From: a virus
IMG/VR virus record: IMGVR_UViG_3300036790_000425
Coordinates: 64,001 to 128,000 of that record
Reading direction: 5' to 3' (one strand)
Length of the DNA: 64,000 bases
In this document: positions 1 to 8,437 of the stretch, in pieces
Numbering within the stretch: the stretch's first letter is position 1
Layout of the letters: each line of letters opens with the position of its first letter
Notes under the pieces: model-generated
Seen by the model: only the letters and a program-made list of their open reading frames with translations
What the model was told of the DNA's origin: nothing
The model's database searches: none
Position numbers and translations under genes: made by a program

Positions 1-265
1 CCATCATGGTGGACATCCAGCTGATGTAGTCCATCTGGCGGCCGGGCAGCAGCTGCGACCGGGCCAGGTAGAGCCACAGCTCCCGGTGACTCATCAGCGG
101 GTGCGTGCTGGCGTGGAACCAGCCGTCCGGCTCCCGGTTGCCCGAGCGGGTCAGGTGCAGGTTGAACTCGAAGTTCACGGCCGGGTCCTGGAAGAACTGG
201 AGCAGGACCGGCTTGACCAGGCAGCCGGATGCAGCCGACTCGGTGACCTTGCCGAGGACCGGCAT
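1..265 (-). CDS. Truncated phage protein, possibly a PD-(D/E)XK/Cas4-like exonuclease (runs off the window start)
   Basis: Not in the ORF track. ATG at 265 overlaps the upstream TGA (ATGA). Reads MPVLGKVTES...REPDGWFHASTHPLMSHRELWLY with no stop before base 1. Context is a recombination operon. Confidence 0.45.
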   Translation of the reverse strand, partial: MPVLGKVTESAASGCLVKPVLLQFFQDPAVNFEFNLHLTRSGNREPDGWFHASTHPLMSHRELWLYLARSQLLPGRQMDYISWMSTMM

Positions 266-1056
266 CAGCCGACCTCCCGGTCGGGGTAGTCCGGCCACAC
301 CCGGACCCGCAGTATTCCGTCCTGGTACAGGTCGCCACGCTCAACCAGGCGCTCGTTGACGATCAGGCGCGGCCGATTACCGGACCCGATGGACCGCTCA
401 ACCAGGACTGTCTCCACCTCGAACTGGACCAGCTGCCCGTCCGCCAGGTAGCGCATCCCGGCACGGTCCGACTTGCCGCCGGGCCTCAGGGCCACCGTGA
501 CCACGGTCCAGGGCAGCTCCGGGACGTACTGCGGCACCTCGGGGAGGCAGGCCTCACGCCTGTCCTGCGCGGCCCCCGGCAGCTCCGTGGCGGCCTCCAG
601 GGCGGCTCGCAGCTCGTCCCGCTCCTGGCGCAGGCTCTCGATGTGCTCAGCGGAGACCTGCTCGTGCTCCCGGGCGCGCTTCAGCTGCTCACGCAGGCTC
701 GCGGTCTCCCTGGCATCAGCCAGCAGCCCGGTCATGATGTCGTCGGGGACTGCCGACCACTCCTCCAGGACGCTGGTCAGGGTCTCGTTGCCGTACCAGC
801 GCAGGCCCAGCGCCGGCATCCGGGTGCCGGCCTGCTCGCGGGCCTTGGCGATCATGCCCAGGCTGACGGGGATCTGCTTGCTTTTCGTGGACTTGCCGTC
901 CACCCGGAACGGCCAGGGCAGGTCCGCGTGATTCTTGGTGTCCATCGGGTCAGACCACTGGTTCCCGCTGGACTTGGTCTTGGTGGCGGCGAACACCTCG
1001 GCCAGGTGGATCTCGTGCAGCTCGCCCATGCGCTGGCTGGTGGGGGTGGCGGGCAT
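265..1056 (-). CDS. PD-(D/E)XK nuclease, Holliday-junction-resolvase-like, with coiled-coil and C-terminal extension
   Basis: GGAGG RBS before ATG 1056. Motifs HE..LA, SGNQW..PMD, FRVDGKST. Directly downstream of RecA. Confidence 0.6.
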   Translation of the reverse strand: MPATPTSQRMGELHEIHLAEVFAATKTKSSGNQWSDPMDTKNHADLPWPFRVDGKSTKSKQIPVSLGMIAKAREQAGTRMPALGLRWYGNETLTSVLEEWSAVPDDIMTGLLADARETASLREQLKRAREHEQVSAEHIESLRQERDELRAALEAATELPGAAQDRREACLPEVPQYVPELPWTVVTVALRPGGKSDRAGMRYLADGQLVQFEVETVLVERSIGSGNRPRLIVNERLVERGDLYQDGILRVRVWPDYPDREVG

Positions 1057-1058
1057 GC

Positions 1059-2129
1059 TCAGGCCTCCTGTAGCTCGGGGAGGACGGGCTCCGGGGCGGC
1101 GAAGTTGCAGGCCGCCCGGATCTCGTCCAGGGCCCGGAGGTTCTTGGTCAGGTACTGCCGGACGGCGTCCTTGCCATTCAGCCTGGTGCCGTCCGGCATG
1201 GTGTAAGTGCTGCCGCCGCGCTGGACCGCGCCCAGCTTCGGGGCCAGGCTGACTACCTCGGTCACCACGTCGATCCCGGCCGGGCCGAATTCCGGGGTGG
1301 CCTGGTTCATGACGTAGTACTCGGCCGTGCGGCCGGGCGGGAAGTTCTTGCACCGGGTGACCTTCGCCCGCATCTCGACGCCCGCGACCTGGTCATTGCC
1401 GTAGGCCTTGATGACGCGGGTGTGATCAGCGCCGCCCAGGTGCCGGAACTCGATCTTGGCCGTGGTGGCGTGCTGCATGGCCTTCGGGCCGGCCGAGACG
1501 TCGGCCCCCATGCCGCCCAGGTTGGCCCGCGGCTGGTTGATCAGCAGCACCAGGCAGTTCGCGGTCCGGGCCTCGGTAGCCAGGGCCTTGGTCAGCTGGG
1601 TGATCAGCTTGGCGTTGCGGCCCATCGCGTCGGCTGCCTTGTCGGCATCCTTGGCCATCACCCGGGCGCTCTCCAGCGCCCCGACGGAATCCAGGACCAG
1701 GATCGAGTACAGGCCGCTGGACACGTAGTCCCGGGCCATGTCGCTGGCCTCCTCGGTGCTCTGCGGCACCAGCGGCTGCCACCGCCCGGAGGCAAGCGCG
1801 GCCGGGGAGCAGTCCAGGCCGAGCCCGGTGGCCCAGCCCAGGCTGAAAGTGCGCTCCATGTTGACGTAGGCCACGCCCCGGTCCGGGAACATCTGCTGGC
1901 AGACGGCCATCGCCCGGATGCCGACCGTGGACTTGCTGGAGTCCTTCGGTCCCAGCAGCTCGTAGATCCGGCCCAGCTGGTAGCCGCCGACGCCCGTGGC
2001 GAAGTCCAGGCCCAGCGAGCCGGTCGGCACGATGACCGGCGGCGGCTCGTTCGAGATCCGGTCCTGCCCGTGCTTGGTCGTCATCCTGGCCGCGAAATTA
2101 GCCAGCCCCCTCGGGCTTGCTGCTGCCAT
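1059..2129 (-). CDS. recA: RecA-family recombinase
   Basis: PTGSLGLDFATGVGG, GRIYELLG, Walker A GPKDSSKST, Walker B LVLDSV, LLINQ.R, AGPKAMQH. CAGGAGG RBS. Confidence 0.92.
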   Translation of the reverse strand: MAAASPRGLANFAARMTTKHGQDRISNEPPPVIVPTGSLGLDFATGVGGYQLGRIYELLGPKDSSKSTVGIRAMAVCQQMFPDRGVAYVNMERTFSLGWATGLGLDCSPAALASGRWQPLVPQSTEEASDMARDYVSSGLYSILVLDSVGALESARVMAKDADKAADAMGRNAKLITQLTKALATEARTANCLVLLINQPRANLGGMGADVSAGPKAMQHATTAKIEFRHLGGADHTRVIKAYGNDQVAGVEMRAKVTRCKNFPPGRTAEYYVMNQATPEFGPAGIDVVTEVVSLAPKLGAVQRGGSTYTMPDGTRLNGKDAVRQYLTKNLRALDEIRAACNFAAPEPVLPELQEA

Positions 2130-2386
2130 CATTCCTCCTGTCGTCCGCACCCGGTGCACAGCCAGCCGCCGTCTCCGTCGGCACGGATCTGATCGCCCTC
2201 CCGGATCGGGTGCCGGCTGCTGGCCGAGCACCGTCCCGGGTACCTCGCGGTGATCCAGGGGCCCTGTGCGTTAGCTTGTTTCATTGTATCGGATAGCGTC
2301 CGGGAGCCGGTGCGGCAGTGATCGCAGGAGTCCGCGGGCAGATCCGAGATCACGCAGTACTCGACTGGCCTGAGCTGCGGCATCAC
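2129..2386 (-). CDS. Small Cys-rich (Zn-ribbon-like) phage protein
   Basis: CDHC, ARYPGRC..GD.I..WLCTGC. Translationally coupled to both neighbours. Confidence 0.6.
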   Translation of the reverse strand: MMPQLRPVEYCVISDLPADSCDHCRTGSRTLSDTMKQANAQGPWITARYPGRCSASSRHPIREGDQIRADGDGGWLCTGCGRQEE

Positions 2387-5300
2387 AGTCCCCAGATCTC
2401 ATCGAGGCGCCACCCCATCCGGGTCGCGCCGGCCGGCGTGGTGTAGGTCCGCTTGACCAGCTGGGCCCCGACCAGGGTGCCCGCCCGGATGGCCCGCACC
2501 CGGGCGGGCAGGTCCTCGTCCTCGTCGCGCAGCGGGGAGAAGCAGGCCACGTCGAAAATGGTCACCTCGGTCACCAGGGTGACCCACCACATGGTGCTCC
2601 CGCGGCGTGTCCGGCGGGCCCTGCTGCCGGCGTACACCGCGGCCACCGGATAGCTGCCCGGCGGGGCCGCCGCGACCGCCAGGGCCATCTCCCGGGCCTG
2701 GGCCCGCAGGCCCGCCGAGCGGGTCTCCAGGGCCTCGAACACGGCCGGGGTCATCCAGGTGCCGTAGGTATCGGTCTCCATCCGGAACAGCGCGGCGGGC
2801 GGGTACTCGGGCCCGTTCAGGTCCGGCGCGGGCGGCGGGGTGTACCGGCGGCAGGCGGCCGTGCAGCGCCGCGGCGGCGGCCTGGTGATGATCTTCAGCG
2901 CGCGGCCGGACTTGCCGGTCCGGGCCGGCGGCTGCGGCTCGGCCGCCCAGTCGAAGGTGCACGGCAGGCCGCCCGGGCCCTTTGCCCCCGGGTCCTTGTG
3001 CACGCAGGTCACCGAGGAGCCGTCCCGGTCGGCCTCGATCATCCCGACCAGCCCGCGGCGCGAGGGCACCAGGGCATCCAGGGCGCCGGCCTTGGCCAGC
3101 GCGTACAGCACCCCGGCATCGGACCCGCTGCGCTCCCGGAAGTCATCCAGGGTGCGGTAGGGCTGGCCGGCCTGGATCTTGATGATCGCGGCCGGCCCGA
3201 CCTTCGGGATGGCCTTCAGCCCGTACCGGATCGAGATGCCCTCGGCCCCGAAGTCGGACCCGGAGAACCGGGCGTCCGGCGGCAGCACCAGGATGCCCAG
3301 CCGGCGTGCCTCGGTGGCGAAGTCCGCCATCCGGTCCATGTCCTTCAGGGTGGACAGGATGGCCGTGATCATCTCGACCGGGTAGTGCACCTTCATCCAC
3401 GCGGTCCAGTAGCTCAGGGTGGCGTAGCTGTAGCCGTGCGCCCGGTTGAAGGCGTACTTCCCGAACTCAGCCATCGCAGTCCACAGCTCGCGGATCTGCT
3501 CCTCGTCGTGGCCCCTCTCGGTGCACCTCCGGATGAACGTCTCGCCCGCGGCAGCGATCTTGTCGGTCAGTTTCTTGCCCAGGATCTTGCGGACCCCGTC
3601 GGCCTCCAGGTCGCTGTAGCCGCCCAGGATGCGGCAGGCCTGGAGGATGTCCTCCTGGTACAGCAGCAGCCCGTAGGACCGGCTCAGGGCCTCCTCCAGC
3701 AGCGGGTGCGGGTACACGACCTCCTCGGTGCCGGCCCGGCGGCGCAGGTAAGCCTCGGCTGCCCCGGAGTTGCGCGGGCCCGGCCGGATGTAGGTGGTCA
3801 GGTCGGCCAGGTCACTGATCGTGCGAGGGCGCATCCGGCCGCAGTAGTCCTTGCACAGGCTGGTCTCGATCTGGAACATCCCCAGGGTGTTACCAGCCCC
3901 GATCTCGTCGTAGACCTGCGGGTCGGCGTGCTCGGTCTCCCACTCCCGCGGGTCGATCCGCTGGCCGGTGCGGTGCTCGACCAGCTCGATGGCCCGCTGG
4001 AGGGAGTCCAGGTTGCGGATGGTCAGCAGGTCCAGCTTCAGCAGGCCCAGCTCCTCGGCCTCCCGGTAGCCCCACTCGCTCACCAGCAGCCGGCTTCCGG
4101 TGTCCCAGCGCATCGGCATGGTCCCTGTCAGCGGCGCGCCGGGCGAGATGATCAGCCCGGCCGGGTGCTGGCCGTAGGAGTAGATCCGGCCGTGCAGCGC
4201 CGCGGCGATGTCGAACACATTGCGGTACCGGGCGGCGAACTCCGCGATCTGCTTGTCCGAGATGATCTCGTCCCAGGGCAGGCCCAGCCCCGCGGTGCCC
4301 GCCTCGGCCTCGTCGATCATCTTGGCGATCGCCCTGGAGTCAGCCTCGGCCTCCGGCGGCAGCCGGTCCCGCAGGGTGGAGAACAGCTTGTTCAGGATGC
4401 CCTTGGCCCCGAAGCGCATGACCGTGCCGACCCGGACCACGTGGTCCTCGCCGTACAGGTGCGCCGAGCGCTGCTGGAGCGCGTCCCGCTTCGAGCTGGG
4501 GAAGTCCAGGTCGAAGTCCGGCAGCGCAGCGCGGCCCGGGGTCAGGAAGCGCTCGAACAGCAGCCCGGCGCGCAGCGGGTCGGTGGAGGTGATGCCCAGC
4601 AGGTAGCTCATCAGCGACCCGGCGGCCGACCCGCGGCCGGGGCCGACCAGCCAGCCGTGCGAGCGGACCCAGGTGACGATGTCCTCGACGATCAGGTAGC
4701 AGCCGGCCAGCCCCTTGCCCGCCACGACCTCGAACTCCCGGTCGAAGCGGTCCCGGCAGGCACGCTCCCCGGCGGGACTCCCGGCCACCTTGCCCCAGTT
4801 CGCCTCGCACATCTGGCGCAGCTGCCGGGCGTCGTCATCGGCGGTGCCGCCGCGGGTGAACACGGGCGGCTCGAAGTGCCCGCCGATCCGCGCGCTGCAC
4901 CGGTCCGCGATCTCGGTGGTGGCCGCGATCGAGGCCTCGACGACGGCCGGGTCCAGGTAGCCCAGGACCTCCCGGACCTGCTCCTCGGCCAGCATCGCGG
5001 TGTAGTTCCAGTAGTCGTCCTTGCCGCTGCCGGCCTGGCACAGCATCCACAGCTTGTGCATCGCCGCGTCGGACTCGGCCGGGTAGTGCGCATCACAGGC
5101 GGCGGCCAGCGGGATGCCCATCTCGTCCCCGACCTCGGCCAGCATCTTGTTCAGCCGGACCTGGTCGGGCAGCCGGTTGGCCTGGATCTCCAGGTAGAGC
5201 CGGTCCCCGAAGATGTCCTTCAGCCGGCTCAGCTTGCGGAACGCGGTGTCGAACCGCCCGGCCAGCAGGTCCTTCGAGACGATGCCGCCCAGGCACGAGG

Positions 5301-5721
5301 TAGTGGCGATCAGCCGGGAGCCGTACTGCTCCAGGACCTGCCAGTCCATCCGCGGCTTGTAGTAGTAGCCGGTCGCGTGCGCCTCGGTGCCGGCCTTCCA
5401 CAGGTCCCGCAGGCCGTCGTTGTCAGTGGCCAGCAGGATCAGGTGATCACCGTGGGCCAGGGCCTTCTGGGCGGCCTTGTCGCCCGCGGCCGGGCGGATG
5501 ACCCGGTCCTCGCGGAAGTAGGCCTCGGTGCCGAACACGGGCTTGATGCCCGCGGCATCGCAGGCGGCCTGGTGATCCCAGCAGCCGGCGTTGGTGCCGT
5601 GGTCGGTCTGGGCCAGCGCAGGATTTCCGAGCGCCGCCGCACGCTGGGCAGCCTCGGTGGCCGAGGACAGACCGTCAAGCGGCGAGTACTCGGTGTGATT
5701 ATGAATCTGGACGAACGACAT
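2383..5721 (-). CDS. dnaE: DNA polymerase III alpha subunit (DnaE-type, with PHP domain)
   Basis: HNHTEYSPLDG, TDHG, GPGRGSAAGS, LLFERFL, PDFDLD, HPAG, LLKLDLL, GMFQ, IRPGP, YQE, YAFNRAH. Confidence 0.97.
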   Translation of the reverse strand: MSFVQIHNHTEYSPLDGLSSATEAAQRAAALGNPALAQTDHGTNAGCWDHQAACDAAGIKPVFGTEAYFREDRVIRPAAGDKAAQKALAHGDHLILLATDNDGLRDLWKAGTEAHATGYYYKPRMDWQVLEQYGSRLIATTSCLGGIVSKDLLAGRFDTAFRKLSRLKDIFGDRLYLEIQANRLPDQVRLNKMLAEVGDEMGIPLAAACDAHYPAESDAAMHKLWMLCQAGSGKDDYWNYTAMLAEEQVREVLGYLDPAVVEASIAATTEIADRCSARIGGHFEPPVFTRGGTADDDARQLRQMCEANWGKVAGSPAGERACRDRFDREFEVVAGKGLAGCYLIVEDIVTWVRSHGWLVGPGRGSAAGSLMSYLLGITSTDPLRAGLLFERFLTPGRAALPDFDLDFPSSKRDALQQRSAHLYGEDHVVRVGTVMRFGAKGILNKLFSTLRDRLPPEAEADSRAIAKMIDEAEAGTAGLGLPWDEIISDKQIAEFAARYRNVFDIAAALHGRIYSYGQHPAGLIISPGAPLTGTMPMRWDTGSRLLVSEWGYREAEELGLLKLDLLTIRNLDSLQRAIELVEHRTGQRIDPREWETEHADPQVYDEIGAGNTLGMFQIETSLCKDYCGRMRPRTISDLADLTTYIRPGPRNSGAAEAYLRRRAGTEEVVYPHPLLEEALSRSYGLLLYQEDILQACRILGGYSDLEADGVRKILGKKLTDKIAAAGETFIRRCTERGHDEEQIRELWTAMAEFGKYAFNRAHGYSYATLSYWTAWMKVHYPVEMITAILSTLKDMDRMADFATEARRLGILVLPPDARFSGSDFGAEGISIRYGLKAIPKVGPAAIIKIQAGQPYRTLDDFRERSGSDAGVLYALAKAGALDALVPSRRGLVGMIEADRDGSSVTCVHKDPGAKGPGGLPCTFDWAAEPQPPARTGKSGRALKIITRPPPRRCTAACRRYTPPPAPDLNGPEYPPAALFRMETDTYGTWMTPAVFEALETRSAGLRAQAREMALAVAAAPPGSYPVAAVYAGSRARRTRRGSTMWWVTLVTEVTIFDVACFSPLRDEDEDLPARVRAIRAGTLVGAQLVKRTYTTPAGATRMGWRLDEIWGL

Positions 5722-5760
5722 CAGCAGCGCCCCGGGTCAGAATGAGGAGTGGCGGCCGGA

Positions 5761-5789
5761 CCTGCCGGGGGATTCGCACCCCCGGCAGG
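5761..5789 (-). terminator. GC hairpin between the SSB-like gene and dnaE
   Basis: CCTGCCGGGGG-attcgca-CCCCCGGCAGG, perfect 11-bp stem. Confidence 0.6.
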
Positions 5790-5817
5790 CCCGACGTCTT
5801 TGGCGGCCGTGCTGCTG

Positions 5818-6831
5818 CTACTGCGCGGCCGGGGCGGTCTCCGTCGCGGTCCCGCGGTTCTCCAGGCGGGCCCGGAAGCTGGCCTGGAGTGCCGGGTCCA
5901 CGTCGGGAGTGACCGGCGTGGTGGCGGACGCCGCGGCCGTGCCGGCGGCGCTCTCCTGACCGCTGTCCTCGCCGTCCTTACTGTCCTTCCGGCGGCCGTA
6001 GCCGCCCTCGGGGACGACACCGGGGACGAAATACCGGGCGTAGTGGTCCGGGGTAGCGTGGGCCAGCAGGTACTCACCCATGTCGAACCCGATGACCTTC
6101 AGCGAGTCGGCGAAGGTCTGCGCCAGCTTGCCGCTAGCCCACTCCGGGTCGGTCCAGGCCGGGACGATGGTGTAGTCCATGTCCGTGCGCTTGATCGTGA
6201 AGACCTTGTCGCAGACCGTGTCCGGGCCCATGTACGAGGCCGCCTTGACGGCTCCGTAGAAGTTGTCCCAGGCCTGGTTGACCAGGACCAGGGCCGGGAC
6301 CGTCACGGTCTCGCCACTGGAGTCCTTCCACTCCATCAGCTTCTCGCGGAAGCGCACCCCGCGCTCGCCGGGAGCGGCGACGGTGCCGTCCTCCTTGACC
6401 GGCTCGCACTCCGCGAAGATGCCGTAGACGCGCCGCTTCGGCTTGCTCAGGTCCTTGGTGAAGCCCTGAGACACGCCGGCATACTGCGGGGCGGTGTCGA
6501 TGTAGCACTCCCCGTAGCCGGGCTCGAAGGCCGCCGGCTCGATGATCTGGCCGGAGCCGTCACGCAGCCGGAAGGCCTTGTCGCCCTGGCAGATCCCCCA
6601 CATGGTGTCAGCCCACTTGGCCTTCTCGTCCAGCTCCGCCGGGCGGGCCTTGCGGGGGATGAACGAGTGAACCAGGATCGAGACCCAGTCCTTGTGGTCG
6701 GTGACCGGCCGCAGGAAGTAGACCTCGTTGTTCTTGAACTTCATGTCAGGGATGAAGGAGCGGTTCCCGCTGGTCCGGCCCTCGTTGGCCATCTCCTCCG
6801 CGGCGGCGGCTCCGGTTGACAGCTGTGGCAT
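5818..6831 (-). CDS. Probable phage single-stranded DNA-binding protein
   Basis: Lies directly upstream of dnaE. Aromatic-rich beta core (VYFLRPVTD, HSFIP, DKVFTIKR) and a low-complexity C-terminal tail. GAGAGGAAG RBS. Confidence 0.55.
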   Translation of the reverse strand: MPQLSTGAAAAEEMANEGRTSGNRSFIPDMKFKNNEVYFLRPVTDHKDWVSILVHSFIPRKARPAELDEKAKWADTMWGICQGDKAFRLRDGSGQIIEPAAFEPGYGECYIDTAPQYAGVSQGFTKDLSKPKRRVYGIFAECEPVKEDGTVAAPGERGVRFREKLMEWKDSSGETVTVPALVLVNQAWDNFYGAVKAASYMGPDTVCDKVFTIKRTDMDYTIVPAWTDPEWASGKLAQTFADSLKVIGFDMGEYLLAHATPDHYARYFVPGVVPEGGYGRRKDSKDGEDSGQESAAGTAAASATTPVTPDVDPALQASFRARLENRGTATETAPAAQ

Positions 6832-6878
6832 GTGCTTCCTCTCTTGGTACCTGGACGTAAGTGCTTGCTCTGGCGTTC

Positions 6879-7868
6879 CTAGATCCCCAGGTACTCGCGC
6901 ACCAGGCGGTCGGCCTGGGCCCGGTCCGGGAGATCGTCTCCTGTGAAGAAGATACAGGGTTCATTGCTATCTTGCCAACTCACCGGCCGGGTGATCCCGG
7001 GGGCGTAGCCGACCGCGAACCGCACCGTAGCGCCGGCCTCCGACAGTGCCGCGGAGATCAGCTGCTGCCAGGCCTCCAGGAAGCCCCCCAGGGCGTCGGC
7101 CCGCTGGCCGGCCTCCGCGAGCACCCAGAAGCTCCAGGCGCGCTCCCAGGACCCTTCGAGGGTGGAGCCCAGGACCGAGGAGGCCAGCCGCTCACGGGCG
7201 TCCTCAGGGCTGACGCCGCTCTTGTCCAGGCCCCAGCCGCGCAGGATGTCCTCCTGCCTCACCGGCTCCTCCCAGCCGTCCGGGTCGTGCAGGCGGGCCT
7301 CGGCCGTCATCCGGGAGGCCTCCCGGGCAGCCAGCTGCTCCAGCCGCTGCCGGACGCCCCGGTCCCCCAGGAACAGGCCGCCGAGCGGCTGGGCGTCGTA
7401 GGCCCGCCGGATCAGCGGGTCCAGCAGCTGGGTGGCCGCGTAGAACAGCTCCTCGATCTCCTGGCGCGGGTCCAGGGTCAGGTAGCGCTCCCGGATCTGC
7501 TTCGGACCGATACTGCGCCACTCCCGCCAGTCGAAGCACAGGTTCCGGTAGTAGTGACACACGTCCCAGATGACCGCCGGGTAGCGGGCCAGCACCTGAG
7601 TGCTGACGGCGTCGTCCGGGCCGGTGCCCTCGCGCAGCAGGAAGCGGCCGTCTACCATCCGGCCGGCGGGGTCGGGCTCCTGCCAGGCGTACCAGGCGGT
7701 CCCGGCGTCCTCCGGCGGGGCCTCCACGGCCGCCGCCAGCTGCATGGCCCGGAACTGCTCGCTGGACGAGCTGAGGATTCCGGTGTAGTGCTTCACGTAC
7801 CGCTCGCCCAGCAGCTCGTCCAGCCGCAGGTTCCCCTGCTCGTCCCGGTACTGGAAAGGCTCAGTCAT
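6879..7868 (-). CDS. Hypothetical protein
   Basis: High-GC3 ORF. ATG 7868 overlaps the upstream gene end. Confidence 0.6.
   Translation of the reverse strand: MTEPFQYRDEQGNLRLDELLGERYVKHYTGILSSSSEQFRAMQLAAAVEAPPEDAGTAWYAWQEPDPAGRMVDGRFLLREGTGPDDAVSTQVLARYPAVIWDVCHYYRNLCFDWREWRSIGPKQIRERYLTLDPRQEIEELFYAATQLLDPLIRRAYDAQPLGGLFLGDRGVRQRLEQLAAREASRMTAEARLHDPDGWEEPVRQEDILRGWGLDKSGVSPEDARERLASSVLGSTLEGSWERAWSFWVLAEAGQRADALGGFLEAWQQLISAALSEAGATVRFAVGYAPGITRPVSWQDSNEPCIFFTGDDLPDRAQADRLVREYLGI
6949..6978 (-). promoter_or_regulatory. SigA-like promoter with the TAGCAA box, upstream of the SSB/dnaE operon
   Basis: TTGGCA-N18-TATCTT on the minus strand, overlapping TAGCAATGAACCCTGTAT. Confidence 0.55.
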
Positions 7869-8286
7869 CGTCCTGGTCGGGCTCGCCGTCGGCCGCGGTG
7901 TTCTCGGCATCCAGGGCATCCTGGTCCCGGCCGTCCCACTCCTGCCGGGCCGCCTCGCTGGTGATGCCGTCCTGCTCGACCCCGGTCACCTGCCCGGTAG
8001 CCTGGCCCGTCTTCCTGATCGTCATGTCTCCTCCTCGGTTGCCGGCCGGGCCAGCGTAAGACAGCCCGTCCGGCACGGTCTCCATCCAGGCGTATCCGCA
8101 TCCGGCGCAGCGCACGCACAGGTGGTCCTGCACCCGGCGCTGCATCTCCGCGCCCCCGCAGGGCCACTGCGGGGCCTTCCCGAACACGATGAGCACAGGC
8201 GCGGAGTGCCGCTCCGGCTCGCCGCCGGGCTGGAAGCAGGCCGGGCAGAAGTGCTCCTGGTCAAAAGGGAGTACCTGTCCGGGCAT
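7861..8286 (-). CDS. Zn-finger protein (CxxC...CxxCxxC) in frame with an acidic 54-aa peptide that has its own start at 8025
   Basis: GAGGAG RBS before ATG 8286. CPAC, HLCVRCAGC. Second RBS GGAGGAG before ATG 8025. Confidence 0.55.
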   Translation of the reverse strand: MPGQVLPFDQEHFCPACFQPGGEPERHSAPVLIVFGKAPQWPCGGAEMQRRVQDHLCVRCAGCGYAWMETVPDGLSYAGPAGNRGGDMTIRKTGQATGQVTGVEQDGITSEAARQEWDGRDQDALDAENTAADGEPDQDDD

Positions 8287-8338
8287 GCCCGGATTCTCCT
8301 CTCGCGTGCATTCCGGCTCCCGGATCCGGCGATTCCTA

Positions 8339-8437
8339 GTGCACGTAGTGCACACAGACTGGCCAGACCCGGGATCCGAACAAGTGTTCCGCACTTTTTG
8401 TGCACGGCTAGTGCACTTCCGTGCCCTCGCTGTGCAC
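8339..8437. repeat. Cluster of five GTGCAC palindromes, candidate replication origin
   Basis: GTGCAC at 8339, 8348, 8400, 8411 and 8432, three of them as TAGTGCAC, immediately after the primase/helicase stop. Confidence 0.6.

Noticed and set aside
2998-5745. Long plus-strand ORFs opposite real genes (for example 2998-5745, 8189-10360, 14732-16972, 25131-27362, 45444-47120)
   Set aside because: These are antisense shadows typical of high-GC3 coding DNA. They show no motifs, while the opposite strand has clear family signatures.
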